Positions 1-13,400 of a stretch of DNA of 64,000 nucleotides are shown here, in pieces. The DNA comes from the human T2T-CHM13v2.0 reference genome, Homo sapiens. The notes below the pieces were generated by a model. It was not told the origin of the DNA. It made no database searches and worked only from the letters and a program-made list of their open reading frames with translations. Made by a program: the position numbers and the translations under genes. The stretch is taken from NCBI RefSeq assembly GCF_009914755.1, contig NC_060931.1. The stretch is one strand, 5' to 3'. Within the stretch, counting starts at the first letter, position 1. Every line of letters starts with the position of its first letter.

Positions 1-1130
1 TTAAAGCATCCATGATTAAAATGCTTTGAGCAATACATGTGAGAAACAAATGAAAAAGTAGAAATCCACAGCAAAGAAATGGAAGATACAAAGAAGACCA
101 AAATGGAAATTTGGTGCTGAAAAAATATGAAACTGAAAAAGTTCAGTGGATGGACCCAACAGGAAAATGGGAGTTACAGTGGAAAGAACCAGTGAACTGA
201 AAGACAAAACAATAGAAATTTCCTAATCTGAACAACAGAGAGAAATTAGACTTGTTAAAAAATGAACAGAGCCTCAGGGACCTGTGGGACAATAACAAAA
301 GATGACACCTGTCAGAATTCTTGAAGGAGAGAAGAAAGAAGGTGGGACTGAAAAAGTACTCAACAGCTGAAAATTTCCCAAAGTTAGCAAGAGACATAAG
401 CAAACAGATTCAAGAAACAGAGCAAACCACAAATAGGAAAAATTCAAATAAATTCATGCCAAAGGCACGATAATTAAACCAATAAATAAAGACAAAGAAA
501 AAATGTTGCAAATAGAGAAAAATGACAACTTGCCTACAAGTAAGCAATTGAATGACAGTAGATTTCTGATCAGAAACCATGGAGGCCAGGAGGAAGTGGT
601 AAAACATATTTCAAGTGCTGAAAGATAACTGTCAACACAGCAGAATTATTCTTCAGCAATGAAGGAAACATTAAGACCTTCTCACAGGAAAGACAACTAA
701 GGAAATGTGTTGCCGGCAGACTTACCCTCAAATAATGGTTAAAGAACATTCGTTAAGCAGAAAGGAAATGATAAAAGAAAGAACTTTAGGCTGGGAGGCC
801 AAAGCAAGCGGATCACTTGAGCTCAGTAGTTCAAGACCAGCCTGGGCAACATGGCAAAACCCTGTCTCTACAAAATATACAAAAAATTAATCAGACATGG
901 TGATATGCGTCTGTGGGTCCCACCTATTTGGGCGGCTGAGGTGGGAGGATCACTTAAGCCCAGGAAGTTGAGGCTGCAGTGAGCTGTGATCGTGCCATCA
1001 TGCCACTGCAATCTAGCCTGGGCAATAGAATGAGACCCTGTCTCAAAACAAACAACAACAACAAAACTTTGGAATAACAGGAAGAAAGGATACAGTAAAC
1101 AAGAATATGGGTAAATACATTAGGCTTTCC
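1..1130 (+). mobile_element. Old L1M (L1MC/MD-like) ORF1 and inter-ORF fragment, interrupted by an Alu
   Basis: ORF1-like motifs (cagagcctcagggacctgtgggac; tcagaaaccatggaggccaggaggaagtgg). Confidence 0.75.
789..1065 (+). mobile_element. AluJ-like with a 5' internal deletion
   Basis: Alu dimer with central A-linker and (AAC)n tail. Confidence 0.9.
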
Positions 1131-2990
1131 ATTTTACTTTTAGTTTTCTGTTTGTTCCCCCTGTTCTTGGTTTCTCTGTTTTCTTTTTTCTGTCTTCTAG
1201 GGGGCTGTTTGAATACTTTTTAGAATTCCATTTTTATTTATATTGTTTTTTAGTGTATCTCTTTATATAGATTTTTCAGTGGTTGCAGTATTATATTATA
1301 CCAGTCTACTGGTATCATTTTCCAGTGTGAAGTTTAAAAATCTTACCTTTCTTTATGTCCCTTTATTCTACCCTGTGTGTGTAGCATAGTTGTTTTAAAT
1401 ATTTCCTCTACATACATATAGGACCACATTAGACAGTGTTATAATTTTTTTTCTCCACCACCAAAGATAATTTAGAACACTCAAGAGGAGAAGGATAAAG
1501 CAAGTTTGTTGTTCCTGTATTTATAGTGTAGATACAGTTTGCTAATTTGTCTAGCACACAGTCCGGGGTATAAGAGGTAAAAAGAAACCCAGGGAACTTA
1601 CTGCTGTGTCATTCTCTGGGTTCTGAAGTTTCTAGCCAGTCTTCCTTTTTATCTCCACCTTCAGAATCTTTTAATGTTTGTTTTCATAAAATAGCCAGAG
1701 TTTTTAGTTGTATTTAGCAGGAGGAAAATACATCTACTTAATTTTGTTCTATCCCAGAAGTTGCCTTTATTTTTTAATGTGAAGAATTACATCAATTGTT
1801 TTTCTCATGTTAAATCACCTAAATATTCTTAGGATAAATCCAACTTGAGCCTCATATATTGTTTTAATCTACTTTGCCAGATTTAGGATTTCGGTTTGAT
1901 AACATTTTAGAGGTTTAGGTTCTGTGTTTATGAGTAAAATTAGTCTGTTTTGTGCTTTTTTGGGTTTTGTTGTCAAGGTTATCCTAGCCTCAAAAATGCA
2001 TTGCAGGTGTTTTGTCTTTTTTTCATTCTTTGGGAGAATTTTGCGTAAGTTTGGAATCATGGTCTATTAGGTAGCAGTTACCAGTAAAAACTCTCTGGGT
2101 CAAATGGTGAGTGTGAGTGAGTGTATTTGTGTGTGTACATGCACTTCAACTACTAATTCACTTTATGCTTTCAACTCTATTCAGGTTGTTGATTTCTTTG
2201 ATGTTATTCTATTTTGTATTCTCCTTAAAGTTGTCAATGTCTTCTATCCCATATACTCTCAATTTTTAAATCTCTAGTTAGTTGTAGTATTTCCTTTAAT
2301 GTGACACTTAAAGTAGATTAATTCAGCTGAATGGTTTTTAAAAATTAAAGCTCTCTAAAGAGATATAAAGTCTAAAACGTTTTTAGTTCTTTGTTTTTAT
2401 TTTATGATCGTTAGTTCCTTTTTCTTTTTTTCTTAACCAGTATTGCCAGAGATTTGTCTGTTTTATTAGTCTTTCAAATAACTAATTTATGGCTTTGCTG
2501 ATCATTTATGTATATTAATGCATTATTGTTTCCTCTGTTATATCTTCTTTGGCTCTATTATGTTTATGTTGGACTCTTAGCAGATTAATTTTCAAATTTT
2601 TCTCCAACTACTGCTTTGGCTAAATTTATGTTTGAGTAATGTAATATTTTCATTAATACTCATTTTTAAGTAATTTCTACTTGTTCTGATCATTTCTTTG
2701 TCTTATGAGTAATTTGGAAGTCTTTTTATGTTTCTGAAAATAGGAGATTTTACCTTTTCATATTTACTTCTATGTTAATTGAGTTATAGTCAGAATTTGG
2801 TTTGTATGGTAGATTTTGTTGAAATTTGTAAGACTTACTTAAGGGCCTAGTTTATAGTTACTTTAATAAATGTCCCATCTTGAGAAGAAGATGTATTCTT
2901 AATTGTTGATTATCTTTTTTCAAATGTTATTTACATTTTTTGGCTTTATTTATTGATATTAGGTATTTTAAATGATTTTATTCTGATAGA
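1131..2990 (-). mobile_element. Degenerate L1M/L1ME fragments (inter-ORF, 5' end, ORF2)
   Basis: T-rich L1 antisense sequence; ORF 1869..2060 resembles L1 ORF2 (FEARITLTTKP). Confidence 0.6.
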
Positions 2991-2997
2991 TTACATT

Positions 2998-5129
2998 TTT
3001 AAAATTTTTAATTTTATGGGTACATAGTAGGTGTATATATTATGGGGTACATGAGATTTTTTTACAGGCACACAATGTGTAATAATCACATCAGCATAAA
3101 TAAGGTATCCATCACTTCAAGCATTCATTTTTTTGCATTACAAACAATTCAATTATACTCTTTTAGTTATTTTTAAATATGCAATAAATTATTATTAACT
3201 GTAGTCACCCTGTTGTGTGATCAAATACTAGATCTTATTAGTTCTATCTAACTACATTTTTGTACCCATTAACCATCCCCACTAACTGCCCCCCACCTTC
3301 ACTACCCTCCCCAGCCTCTGGTAACCATTATTTTACTCTCTATCTCTATAAGTTTAACTGTTTTTAATTTTTAGTTCCCACAAATAAGTGAAAATGAGCG
3401 AAGTTTGTCTTTCTGTGTCTGTCTTTTGTCATTTAACATAATGTCCTCCAGTTCCATCCGTGTTTTTGCAAATGATAGGATCTCATTTTTTTATGGCTGA
3501 ATAGTACTCCCTTGTGTATATTTACCACATTTTCTTTATTCATTTGTCTGTTTCTTCCAAGTCTTGGCTATTGTGAATAGTGCTGCAATAAACATTGGAG
3601 TGCAGCTATCTCTTCAGTATACTGGTTTCCTTTCTTTTAGGTATATATCTAGCACTGGGATAGCTGGATCATATGGTAGTTTAATTTTAAGTTTTATGAG
3701 AAACCCCTATACTTTTCTCCATAGTGGCTGTACTAATTTACATTCCCACCAACAGTGTATAAGAGTTCCCTTTTCTCCACACCCTCACCAGTATTCATTA
3801 TTGCTTGTCTTTTGGATAAAAGCCATTTTAACTGGAGTGAAATAATATATCATTGTACTTTTGATTTGCATTTATCTGATGATCAATGATGTTGAGCACC
3901 ATTTCATATACCTGTTTGCCATTTATAGGTCTTCTTTTGAGAAACATCTATTCTGATCTTTTGCCCATTTTAAGTTTAATTATTAGTTTTTTCCTGTAGA
4001 GTTGTTTGAGCTCCTTATATATTCTGCTTATTAATCCCTTGTCAGATGAGTAGTCTGCAAATATTTTCTCCCATACTGTGGGTTATCTCTTCACTTTGTT
4101 GATTGTTTACTTTGCAGTGCAGAAGCTTTTTAACTTGATGTGATCTCACTTGTCCGTTTTTGCTTTGGTTCCCTGTTCTTATGGGGTGTCAGTCAAGAAA
4201 TCCTTGCCCAGTCCAATGTCCTGGAGACTTTCCACAATGTTTTCTTTTAATAATTTCACACTTTCAGGTTTTAGATTTCAGTATTTAATCCATTTTGATT
4301 TGATTTTTTGTATACAGTGAGAGAGAGGGGTCTAGTTTCATTCTTCTGCATATGGATAACCAGTTTTCCCAGCACCATTTATTGAAGAGACTGTCCTTTC
4401 CCCAATATACATTTTCAGAATCTTTGTCAAAAATGAGTTAACTGTAGTTTTATGGATTTATGTCTGCATTCTCTATTCTGTTCCATTGGTCTATGTATCT
4501 CTTTTTATGCCAGTACCATGGTGTTTTGATTACAATAGCCCTGTAGTATACTTTGAAGTCAGGGAATGTGATTCCTCCAGTTTTGTTTCTTTTGCTCAGG
4601 ATAGCTTTGTCTATTCTGGGTCTTTGTGGTTCCATATGAATTTTAGGATTGGTTTTTCTATTTCTGTGAAAAATGTCATTGGTATTTTGATAGGGATTGC
4701 ATTGAATATGTATACTGCTTTGAGTAGTATGGGCATTTTAACAATAGTCTTCCAATTCACTAACATGGAATATCTTTCAGTTTTTTTGTGTCCTCTTAAA
4801 TTTCTGGCATCAGTGTTTTATAGTTTTCATTGTAGAGATCTTTCCCTTCTTTGGTAAAGTTTATTTCTAGGTATTTTACTTATAGCAATTATAAATAATA
4901 GTACTTGATTTCTTTTTCAGATTGTTCACTGTTGGCATATAGGAAAGCTGCTGACTTTTTGTATGTTGATTTTGTATCCTGCAACTTTACTGAATTTGTT
5001 TATCAGTTCTAATGGCTTTTTGGTGAATTCTTTAGGTTATCCAAAATATAAGATCATATCATCTGAAAACAAGGATAATTTGACTTTTTCCTTTTTAGTT
5101 GGATGCCCTTTATTTCTTTCTCTTGTCTG
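2998..5129 (-). mobile_element. L1MA2/3-like, 3' end with partial ORF2
   Basis: Characteristic L1MA 3'UTR; ORF2 peptide [25 protein letters not shown]. Confidence 0.85.
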
Positions 5130-5574
5130 TTAATCCCTCTTATTTTATTGTAAATACAAGGTTCTTTTCTACTTAAGCATGATGAGATCTATTCCTTGTG
5201 TTTATTACCCATTGACGCTATTAACTAACCATCTCGTTGTCCAGTTCAGCTGCATTCTTCCCCTGTTTTCTCTCTATTTCCATCTATCTAGTCAATACTT
5301 ATTAAGCTTTCCCTACAGTTGGCTTTTCTTCTACCGCTACTATGTATTATTGAATTCTGTGTTCTTTGTATACCTTTTTATTTTCAGTAAATTTCTCAAG
5401 AAAACTTCCATTATTTTTCTACTCCATCTTTCTGTTACAGCATAGATTTTGTCTTTAATCTTTTAAAATACTGTATACTTTTCCACATTATTGCTTTTAA
5501 AAGCTACTGTTGAAAAATCTTACTGAACTTAGGATGTTAGACAAGGTAGAGTAAGTCCAATAATAACCTAATTC

Positions 5575-5943
5575 TCTGAGTGTTCTTAGAGTACTATAAC
5601 AAAATACTACATACTGAGAGGCTTAAGTAACAGAAATTTATTTCTCAGTTCTGGAGGATGAGAAGTCCAAGATCAAGATATTGGCTGATTTGCTTTCTGG
5701 CAAGCATTCTCCTTCTGGCTTGTAGGTGGTTGGTCGTCTTCTCACTGTGTCCTCACTTGGTGGAGACAGAGAATGAGAGCTCTCTGGTGACTCTTTGTAT
5801 GATCCTACTGGATGAAGGCCCCACCCTTATACCTCATTTCACCTTAATTAACTCCTTATAGTGGCTATCTTGAAATACAGATATATTGGGGATAGGACTT
5901 AAACATGTGAATTTTGGAGGCATGCAATTCATTTCATACAGCA
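5575..5943 (-). mobile_element. MaLR solo LTR (MLT1A/B-like)
   Basis: aacagaaatttatttctcagttctggagg...aagtccaagatcaag, typical of MLT1. Confidence 0.8.
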
Positions 5944-6059
5944 TTTATCAATGTGTTGTAGCTATTGGCTTACATGTTTATATCTTCTTGTCTCTGTGCA
6001 CTTTGAGGAAAGACTCTGTCATTCACTTTTAAAATAATATTAAATTAAAAATATACAGG

Positions 6060-6237
6060 GTAGCCAGGCATGGTGGCACACTTCTGTAGTCCAAGCTACC
6101 CAGGAAGCTGAGGCAGGAGGGTCACTTGAGGCCAGGAGTTCAAGGCTGTAGTACACTATTATTGTACCTGGAGATAGCAGCTGCACTCAAGCCTGGGCAA
6201 CACAGCAAGATACCATCTCTAAAAAAATAAAATATAA
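6060..6237 (+). mobile_element. Alu monomer (FAM-like)
   Basis: Single arm with a 7SL-like extra segment and A tail. Confidence 0.75.
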
Positions 6238-6259
6238 AATCTAGGGTAAAACCAAAATT

Positions 6260-6764
6260 ACTTTACTTACAAGGAAGCAGGAAAATGTGATCAATTCTCA
6301 AAGGAATACAGATGCTTATTGTGAGATGACCCAGATGTTGGAATAATCAGGCAAAGACATCAAAGCAGCCATTATAACCCTGCTCCATGATGTAAGGTGT
6401 AACTCTTGAAATGAATAGAAAAATGGAAATTCTGAGTAGAGAAATAAAATCTTCAGGAAGAACCATGGAAATTTAAAAGTATGATGTCTGAAATAAAACA
6501 TTAACCAGATGAGCCTCTAAAGCAGAATGGAGATGATAGAGGTGCGTATATGAATTTCAAAGTAAATCAATAGAAATGATCCAATCTGAAGAACAGAACA
6601 GGAAGAAATTTAAAAATTTATAGCAAAATATATAAGTTTGTGTCATTGGAGTCTTAGAAGGAGAGGAGGAAGAGATTAATATAGAAAATACATTTGACAA
6701 AATAATAGCTATAAGTTCCTAGATTTGGGGAAGATAAATTTATAGATTCAAGAAGCTTAGCAAA
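6260..6764 (+). mobile_element. Old L1MC/MD-like ORF1 (host element, resumes at ~19575)
   Basis: ORF1-like sequence ending attcaagaagcttagcaaa. Confidence 0.65.
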
Positions 6765-7420
6765 GCATTTCACAAAATTTAACATCCTTTCTTAATAAAA
6801 ATTCTCAACAATTAAAGTACAGAAGTAATGTACCTCAACATAATAAAGGTCATATATAACAAGCACACAGTAAGCATCATATTCAGTGGTAAAAAGCTGA
6901 AAGCTCTCTAAGATCAAGAACATGACAAGGGAATCCATTCCTACCACTTCTACTCAACATCATTCTGGATCTCCTAGCTAGAGCAATTATGCAAGAAAAA
7001 TAAATAAAAGGTATCCAAGTTAGAACATAAGAAGTTCAATGATCCCTGTTTGCAGATTAAATTATCTTACATGTATAAGAACCTAAATACCAAAAAATGG
7101 TTAGAATTAATAAATTCAGTGAAGTCGTATGATACAAAATCAACATACAAAAATAAGTTACATTTTTATATACTAAAAATGAACTATCCAAAAATAGAAA
7201 TTAAGAAAACAGTTCCATTTCCATCAGAAAAGAATAATATACTTAGGAGGAAATTCAGGCAAGGAAGTGAAACCTCTGTACACTGAAAGTTACTAAACAT
7301 TGATTAAATAAATTGTAGAAGACACAAATAAATAGAAATATATCTCATGCTCATGGGTTGGAAGAATTTTTATTGTTAAATGTCCATACTACCCAAAGTG
7401 ACCTATAGATTCAATGCAGT
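6765..7420 (+). mobile_element. L1MA9/L1MB-like ORF2 (RT region), resumes at 17182
   Basis: gcatttcacaaaatt...catactacccaaagtgacctatagattcaatgca. Confidence 0.75.
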
Positions 7421-10400
7421 ATTTCCTTTTTTAAACTTTTATGTTCAAGGGTACATGTGCAGGTTTGTCATCTAGGTAAATTGCATTTCATGGGGTTTGG
7501 TGTACAATTAATTTTATTACCCAGGTAATGAGCATAGTACGTGAAAGGTAGTTTTTGATCCTCTCCTTCCTCTCACCCTTCACTCTCAAGTAGACCTCAG
7601 AGTTTGTTGTTCTCATCCTTCTTTCCATGTGTAGTCAGTGTTTAGCTCCCACTTACAAGTGATAACGTGTGATATTTGGTTTTCTGTTCCCGCATTATTT
7701 CACTTAGGAATGATGATCTCCAGCTTGATCCATGTTGCTGCAATAGAAATGATCTCATTCTTTTTTATAGCTGTATAGTACTCCATGGCATATATGTATC
7801 ACATTTTCTTTAGTGCTACAGTGAACATACGTGTACATGTGTCTTTATGGTAGAATGACTTATATTCCTCTGGGTATATACCCGGTAATGGGATTGCTGG
7901 GTCGAATGGTAGTTCTTTTAGCTCTTTGAGGAATTGCCATACTGTCTTCCACAATGACTGATGACTGACCTAATTTACATTTCTAACAGCAGTGTATAAG
8001 CATCCCCTTTTCTCTGCAACATCTCCAGCACCTGTTATTTTTGACTTTTTAGTAATAGCCATTCTGACTGGTGTGAGATGGTATCTCATTGTGGTTTTGA
8101 TTTGCATTTTTCTAATGATCAGTGATACTGAGCTTTCTTTTCATATGCTTGTGGGCCGTGTGTATGCTTCCTTTGAAAAGTGTCTGTTCATGTCTTTTGC
8201 CCACATTTTTATGGAGTGGTTTGTTTTTTCCTTGTAAATTTGCTTAAGTTCCTTATAGATGCTGGATATTAGACCATGCCAGATGCATAGTTTGTAAATA
8301 TTTTTTTCCCATTCTGTAGGTTGTCTCTTTACTCTGTGGATAGTTTCCTTTGCTGCACAGAAGCTCTTAAGTTTAATTAGATCCATTTGTCAATTTTTAA
8401 TTTTGTTGCAATTGCTTTTGGTTTCTTTTTCATGAAATCTCTGCCCATTCCTATGTCCAGGATGGTATTTCCTATGTAAACTTCCATGGCTTTAATAGTT
8501 TGAGGTTTTACATTTAGGTCTTTAATCCATCTTGAGTTTATTTTTGTGTATAGTGTAAGGAAGGGGTCCAGTTTCAATCTTCCACATATGGCTATCCAGT
8601 TTTCCCAGCACCATTTATTGATTAGGAGTATTTTCCCCATTGCTTGTTTTTGTCAGCTTTGTCAAATATCATATGGTCATAGGTGTGTAGCCTTATTTCT
8701 GGGCTCTCTATTCTGTTCCATTGGTCTATGTGCCTGTTTTTGTACCAGTACCATGCTGTTTTGGTCACTGTAGCCTTGTGGTATAGTTTGAAGTCAGGTA
8801 ATGTGATGCCTCTACCTTTGCTATTTTTGCTTAGGATTGCTTCTGGTTATTTGGGTTCTATTTTGGTTCAATATGAATTTTAAAATGGTTTTTATCTAGT
8901 TCTGTGAAGAATGTCACTGGTAGTTTGATAGGAATAGCATTGAATCTATAAATTGCTTTGGGCAGTATAGCCATTTTAGTGATATTGATTCTTCCTATTC
9001 ATGAACATGGGATGTTTATCCATTTGTGTCTTCTCTGATTTCTTTGAGCAGGGTTTTGTAATTCTCATTGTAGAGATTTTTCACCTCCCTGGGTAGCTGT
9101 ATTGCTATGAAGTTTATTCTTTTTCTGGCAGTTGTGAGTGGGATTGCCATTCTGATTTGGCTGTAAGTTTGGCTGTTGTTGGTGTATAGGAATGCTAGTG
9201 ATTTTTGTACATTGATTTTGTATCCTGCAACTTTGCTGGAGTTGTTTTTCAGATGGAGGAACTTTTGGGCCAAGACTATGTTTTTTTTTTTCTAGATATA
9301 GAATCATGTCATCTGCAAACAGGGATAGTTTAACTTTCTCTTTTCCTATTTGGATGCCCTTTATTTCTTTCTCTTGCCTGATAGCTCTGGCTAGGACTTC
9401 CATTACTATTTTTAATAGTAGTGGTGAGAGAGGGCATCCTTCTCAGTTTTCAAGGGGAAATGCGTCTGGCTTTTGCCCATTCAGCATAAAGTTGGCTGTG
9501 GGTTTGTCATAGATGGCTCTTATTATTTTGAAGTATGTTCCTTCAATACCTAGTTCACTGAGAGTTTTTAACATGAAGCGGTGTTGAATTTTATCAAAGG
9601 CCTTTTCTGTGTCTATTGAGATAATCATATAGTTTTTGTCTTTAGTTCTGTTTATGTGATGAATCATGTTTATTGATTTGAATATGTTGAGCCAAACTTG
9701 CATCCTGGGGTTGAAGCCTACTCAATCTTGATGGATTAGCTTTTTGATGTGCTGCCAGATTTGGTTTTCCAGTATTTTGTTGAGGATTTTTGTATTGATG
9801 TTCATCAAGGATATCAGCCTGAAATTTTCTTTTTTTGTTGTGTCTCTTCCAGGTTTGGGTATTAAGATGATGTTGGCCTTAGAGAATGAGGTGGGGAGGA
9901 GTCCCTCTTCCTCATTTTTTTGGAATTATTTCAGTAGAAATGGTACCAGCTCTCATTTGTATGTCTGGTAGAATTCAGTTATGAATCCATCAGGCCCTTG
10001 GCTTTTTTTTTTTTGGTAGGCTATTTATTACTGATTTGATTTCAGAGCTCATTATTGGTCTGCTCAGGGAATCAGTTTCTTCCTGGCTCTGTCTTGAGAG
10101 AGTGTATACGTCCAGGAATTTACTCATCTCTTCTAGGTTTTCTAGTTTGTGTATGTAGAGGTGTTCATAGTAGTTTCTCTTGGTTGTTTTTGTTTCTGTG
10201 GGGTCAGTAGTAACATTCCCTTTGTCATTTCTCATTGTGTTTATTTGGAGCTTTTCTTCCTTCTTCTTTATTAGTCTAACTAGTGGCCTATTTTATTAGT
10301 TTTTTCAAAACAACAGCCCTTGGATTAATTGATCTTTTGATTGTTTTTTTTGTGTCTCAGTTTCCTTCAGTTCAGCTCTGATTTTTTTTCTTGTCTTCCG

Positions 10401-13400
10401 CTAGTATTGGGGTTGATTTGTTCTTGCCTAATTCTTTCAGTTGTGAAGGTAGGTTGTTAATTTGAGATCTCTCTAACTTTTTGATGTGGGCATTTAGTGC
10501 AATGAAGTTCTCTCTTAACACTGTCTTAGCTGTGTCTCAGAGATTCTGGTATGTTGTATTTTTGTTCTCATTATTTTCAAAGAACTTCTTGATTTCTGTC
10601 TTAATTTCATTATTTACCCCAAAGCCACTCAAGAGCATGATGTTTAATTTCTGTGTGATTGCATGGTTCTGAGTGATTTTCATAGTCTTGACTTCTATTT
10701 TTATTGCTCTGTGATCCAAGAGTGTGTTTGGTATGATTTCAGTTCTTTTACATTTGTTGAGGATTGTTTTATTCCAATTATTTGGTCAGTTTTAGAGTAT
10801 GTGCCATGTGGTGAGGAGAAGAATGTATATTCTGGTGTTTTTTGGTGGAGAGTTCTATAGAGGTGTATCCGAGCCTTTTGGTTTAATGTTGAGTGTAGAT
10901 CCTGAATATCTTTGTTAATTGTCTGCCTCAATGATCTGTTTAATACTGTCTGTGGAGTGTTGAAGTCTCCCACTATTTTTTCCATGGGAGTTTGTGCCTC
11001 TTTGTAGGTCTCTAAGAACTTGCTTTATGAATCTGGGTGCTTGTGTGTTGGGTACATATATATTTAGGGTATTTAGGTTTTTTTGTTGAATTGAATCCTT
11101 TACCATTAAGTAATGCCCTCTTTGTCTTTTTTGATGTTTGTTTATTTGAAATCTCTTTTGTCTGAATTCAGATTGCAATCCCTTCTTTTTTCTGTTTTCC
11201 ATTTGCTTAGTAGATTTTTCTTTATCTCTTTATTTTGAGCCTATGAGTGTCATTACATGTGAGATGGGTCTCTTGAACACAGCATACCATTGGGTCTTGC
11301 TTTTTTATCCAGCTTCTCACTGTGCCTTTTAAGTGGGGCATTTAGCCCATTTACTTTCAAGGTTAATATTGATTTGTGTGGATTTGATCCTGTCTTTGTG
11401 TTATTAACTGATTATTATGTTGGCTTTTTCTGTGATTGTTTTACAGTGACACTGGTCTGTGTGTTTAAGCATGTTTTTGTATTAGCTGGTATTGGTCTTT
11501 CCTTTCTATATAGTGCTCCTTTCAAAATCTCTTGTAAGGCAAGCCTGGTGGTAATGGATTCCCTCAAGAGTTGTTTATCTGAAAAGGATCTTATTTCTCC
11601 TTCACTTGGGAAGCTCACTTTGGCTGTATATGAAATTCTTGGTTGAAGATTTTTTTCTTTAAGAATGTTGAATATGGGCCCCCAATCTCTTCTGGCTTGT
11701 AGGGTTTCAGCTGAGAGGTCCACTGTTAGCCTAATGGAGTTCCTTTTGTAGGTCATGTGCCCTTTCTCTCTAGCTGCCTTTAAAAGTCTTTCTTTCATTT
11801 TAACCTTGGAATAGCTGATGACATGTGTTTTGGGGGTGATCTTCTTGTATAGAATCTTGCAGGAGTTCTCTGTATTTTCTGAATTTAACTGTTAGGCCCT
11901 GTACCTCGTTGGGGAAGTTTTCATGGACAATTTCCTGAAATATGTTTTCCAAGTTGTTTTCTTTCTCCCCCTCCCTTTCAGGAATGCCAGTGATTTGTAG
12001 ATTTGACCTCTTTACATGATCCAATACTTCTCACAGGTTTTGTTTATTCCTTTTTATTCCTCTTTCATTATTTTCATCTGACTTTCTTATTTCAGAGAAC
12101 CAGTCTTCAGGTGCTGAGATTCTTTTGTTAGCTTGGTTTCTTCTGCTGTCAATACTTGTAATTGCATTGTGAAATTATTGTATTGTGTTATTCAGCTCTG
12201 TCAGACCCATTGGGTTCTGTTTTTATACCAGCTATTTCATCCTTCAGCTCCTGTATCACTTTATTGTGATTCTCATTTTCCTTGGATTGGGTTTTGCCAT
12301 CTTCCTGAGTCTCAGTGATCTTTGTACCTATCCATAGTCTGGATTGTATTTCTGTTATTTCAGCCAGTACAGCCTGATTAAAAACTCTTGTTGGGGAATG
12401 GGTGTGGTCATTTGGATGGCATACAATACTCTGAACATTTGAGTTACTGGAGCTCTTGCATTGGTTCTTTCTCATCTCTGTGTGTGGGTGTTCCTTTATC
12501 TGCATTGTAGATTAAGTATAGTCAACAGACTTCTCTTTTGGATGTTTTCACCAGGCCAAGGCTTTGTGCAGTGTCTTTATTTGAAGCTGACTTCTTGACT
12601 CTGGTTTCAGAGGTGGGTACATTAGTGAGGTATTTTTGATGTTAAAGCCTTGGGGTGTGATCCAGCAGGTGGCTTAGGCTTTTTGGTCAGTTGGTAGACT
12701 TGTTTGGTTGTGTGGCTCCCCTATGTTTCCTCACAATTGCAGCTGTGTTCTCTGTCAATGTTCTGAAAGTGTGAGTTTCTCTCCCCCTTGAATGCTGGCT
12801 GTAGATTGTGATTTGGTACTTCTGGGCTGCCCACTGCAGCTTTGGGGCGATCTCAGTGTTTATGTTTCTTTCTCAAGTTGGAGGCAGCAGAGAAAGGGAT
12901 CTTATTAGTAGTTGTGACTGAGGGTCATTTGCTTGTTTCCTGGGGGCTCCAACCCAGAGAGATATAGGTCAGCAGCCCCTCAGGGCAATCAGACCAGGAT
13001 GGAGGGTCTGTACTGTGGCCCCAGGCCAAGGGTTCCCTGTCTAGTCACAAGCACTGTGGGGTGTGTGGGACCTGTGGGAGACGTACTGGCCTCCTCTCCT
13101 TGGGCTGATTACAACTGGTTGGAGGTGTGGACACGACACTTAGGGTTTTTACTCTCTTATTGGTCCGGCAAGGGCAGATCCACTGCAGCGGCAGTCTCAG
13201 AGAGGCTTTTAGTTTCCCCTAGAGGCCCTGTCCAGGGAGTTGCCAAGTTGCTACTTGCTCGGTAGCTCTGGTAGAGGGTGGCTGGAGACACAAGCCTGGA
13301 AGACCTGTCTGGTGAGGAGATCTGAGAATGGGCACCTACTTAACACTCTGGCCAATTTTCCATAGGGCTGCTGTGGTATGTTTGCTCCAGTACCTGGTTG

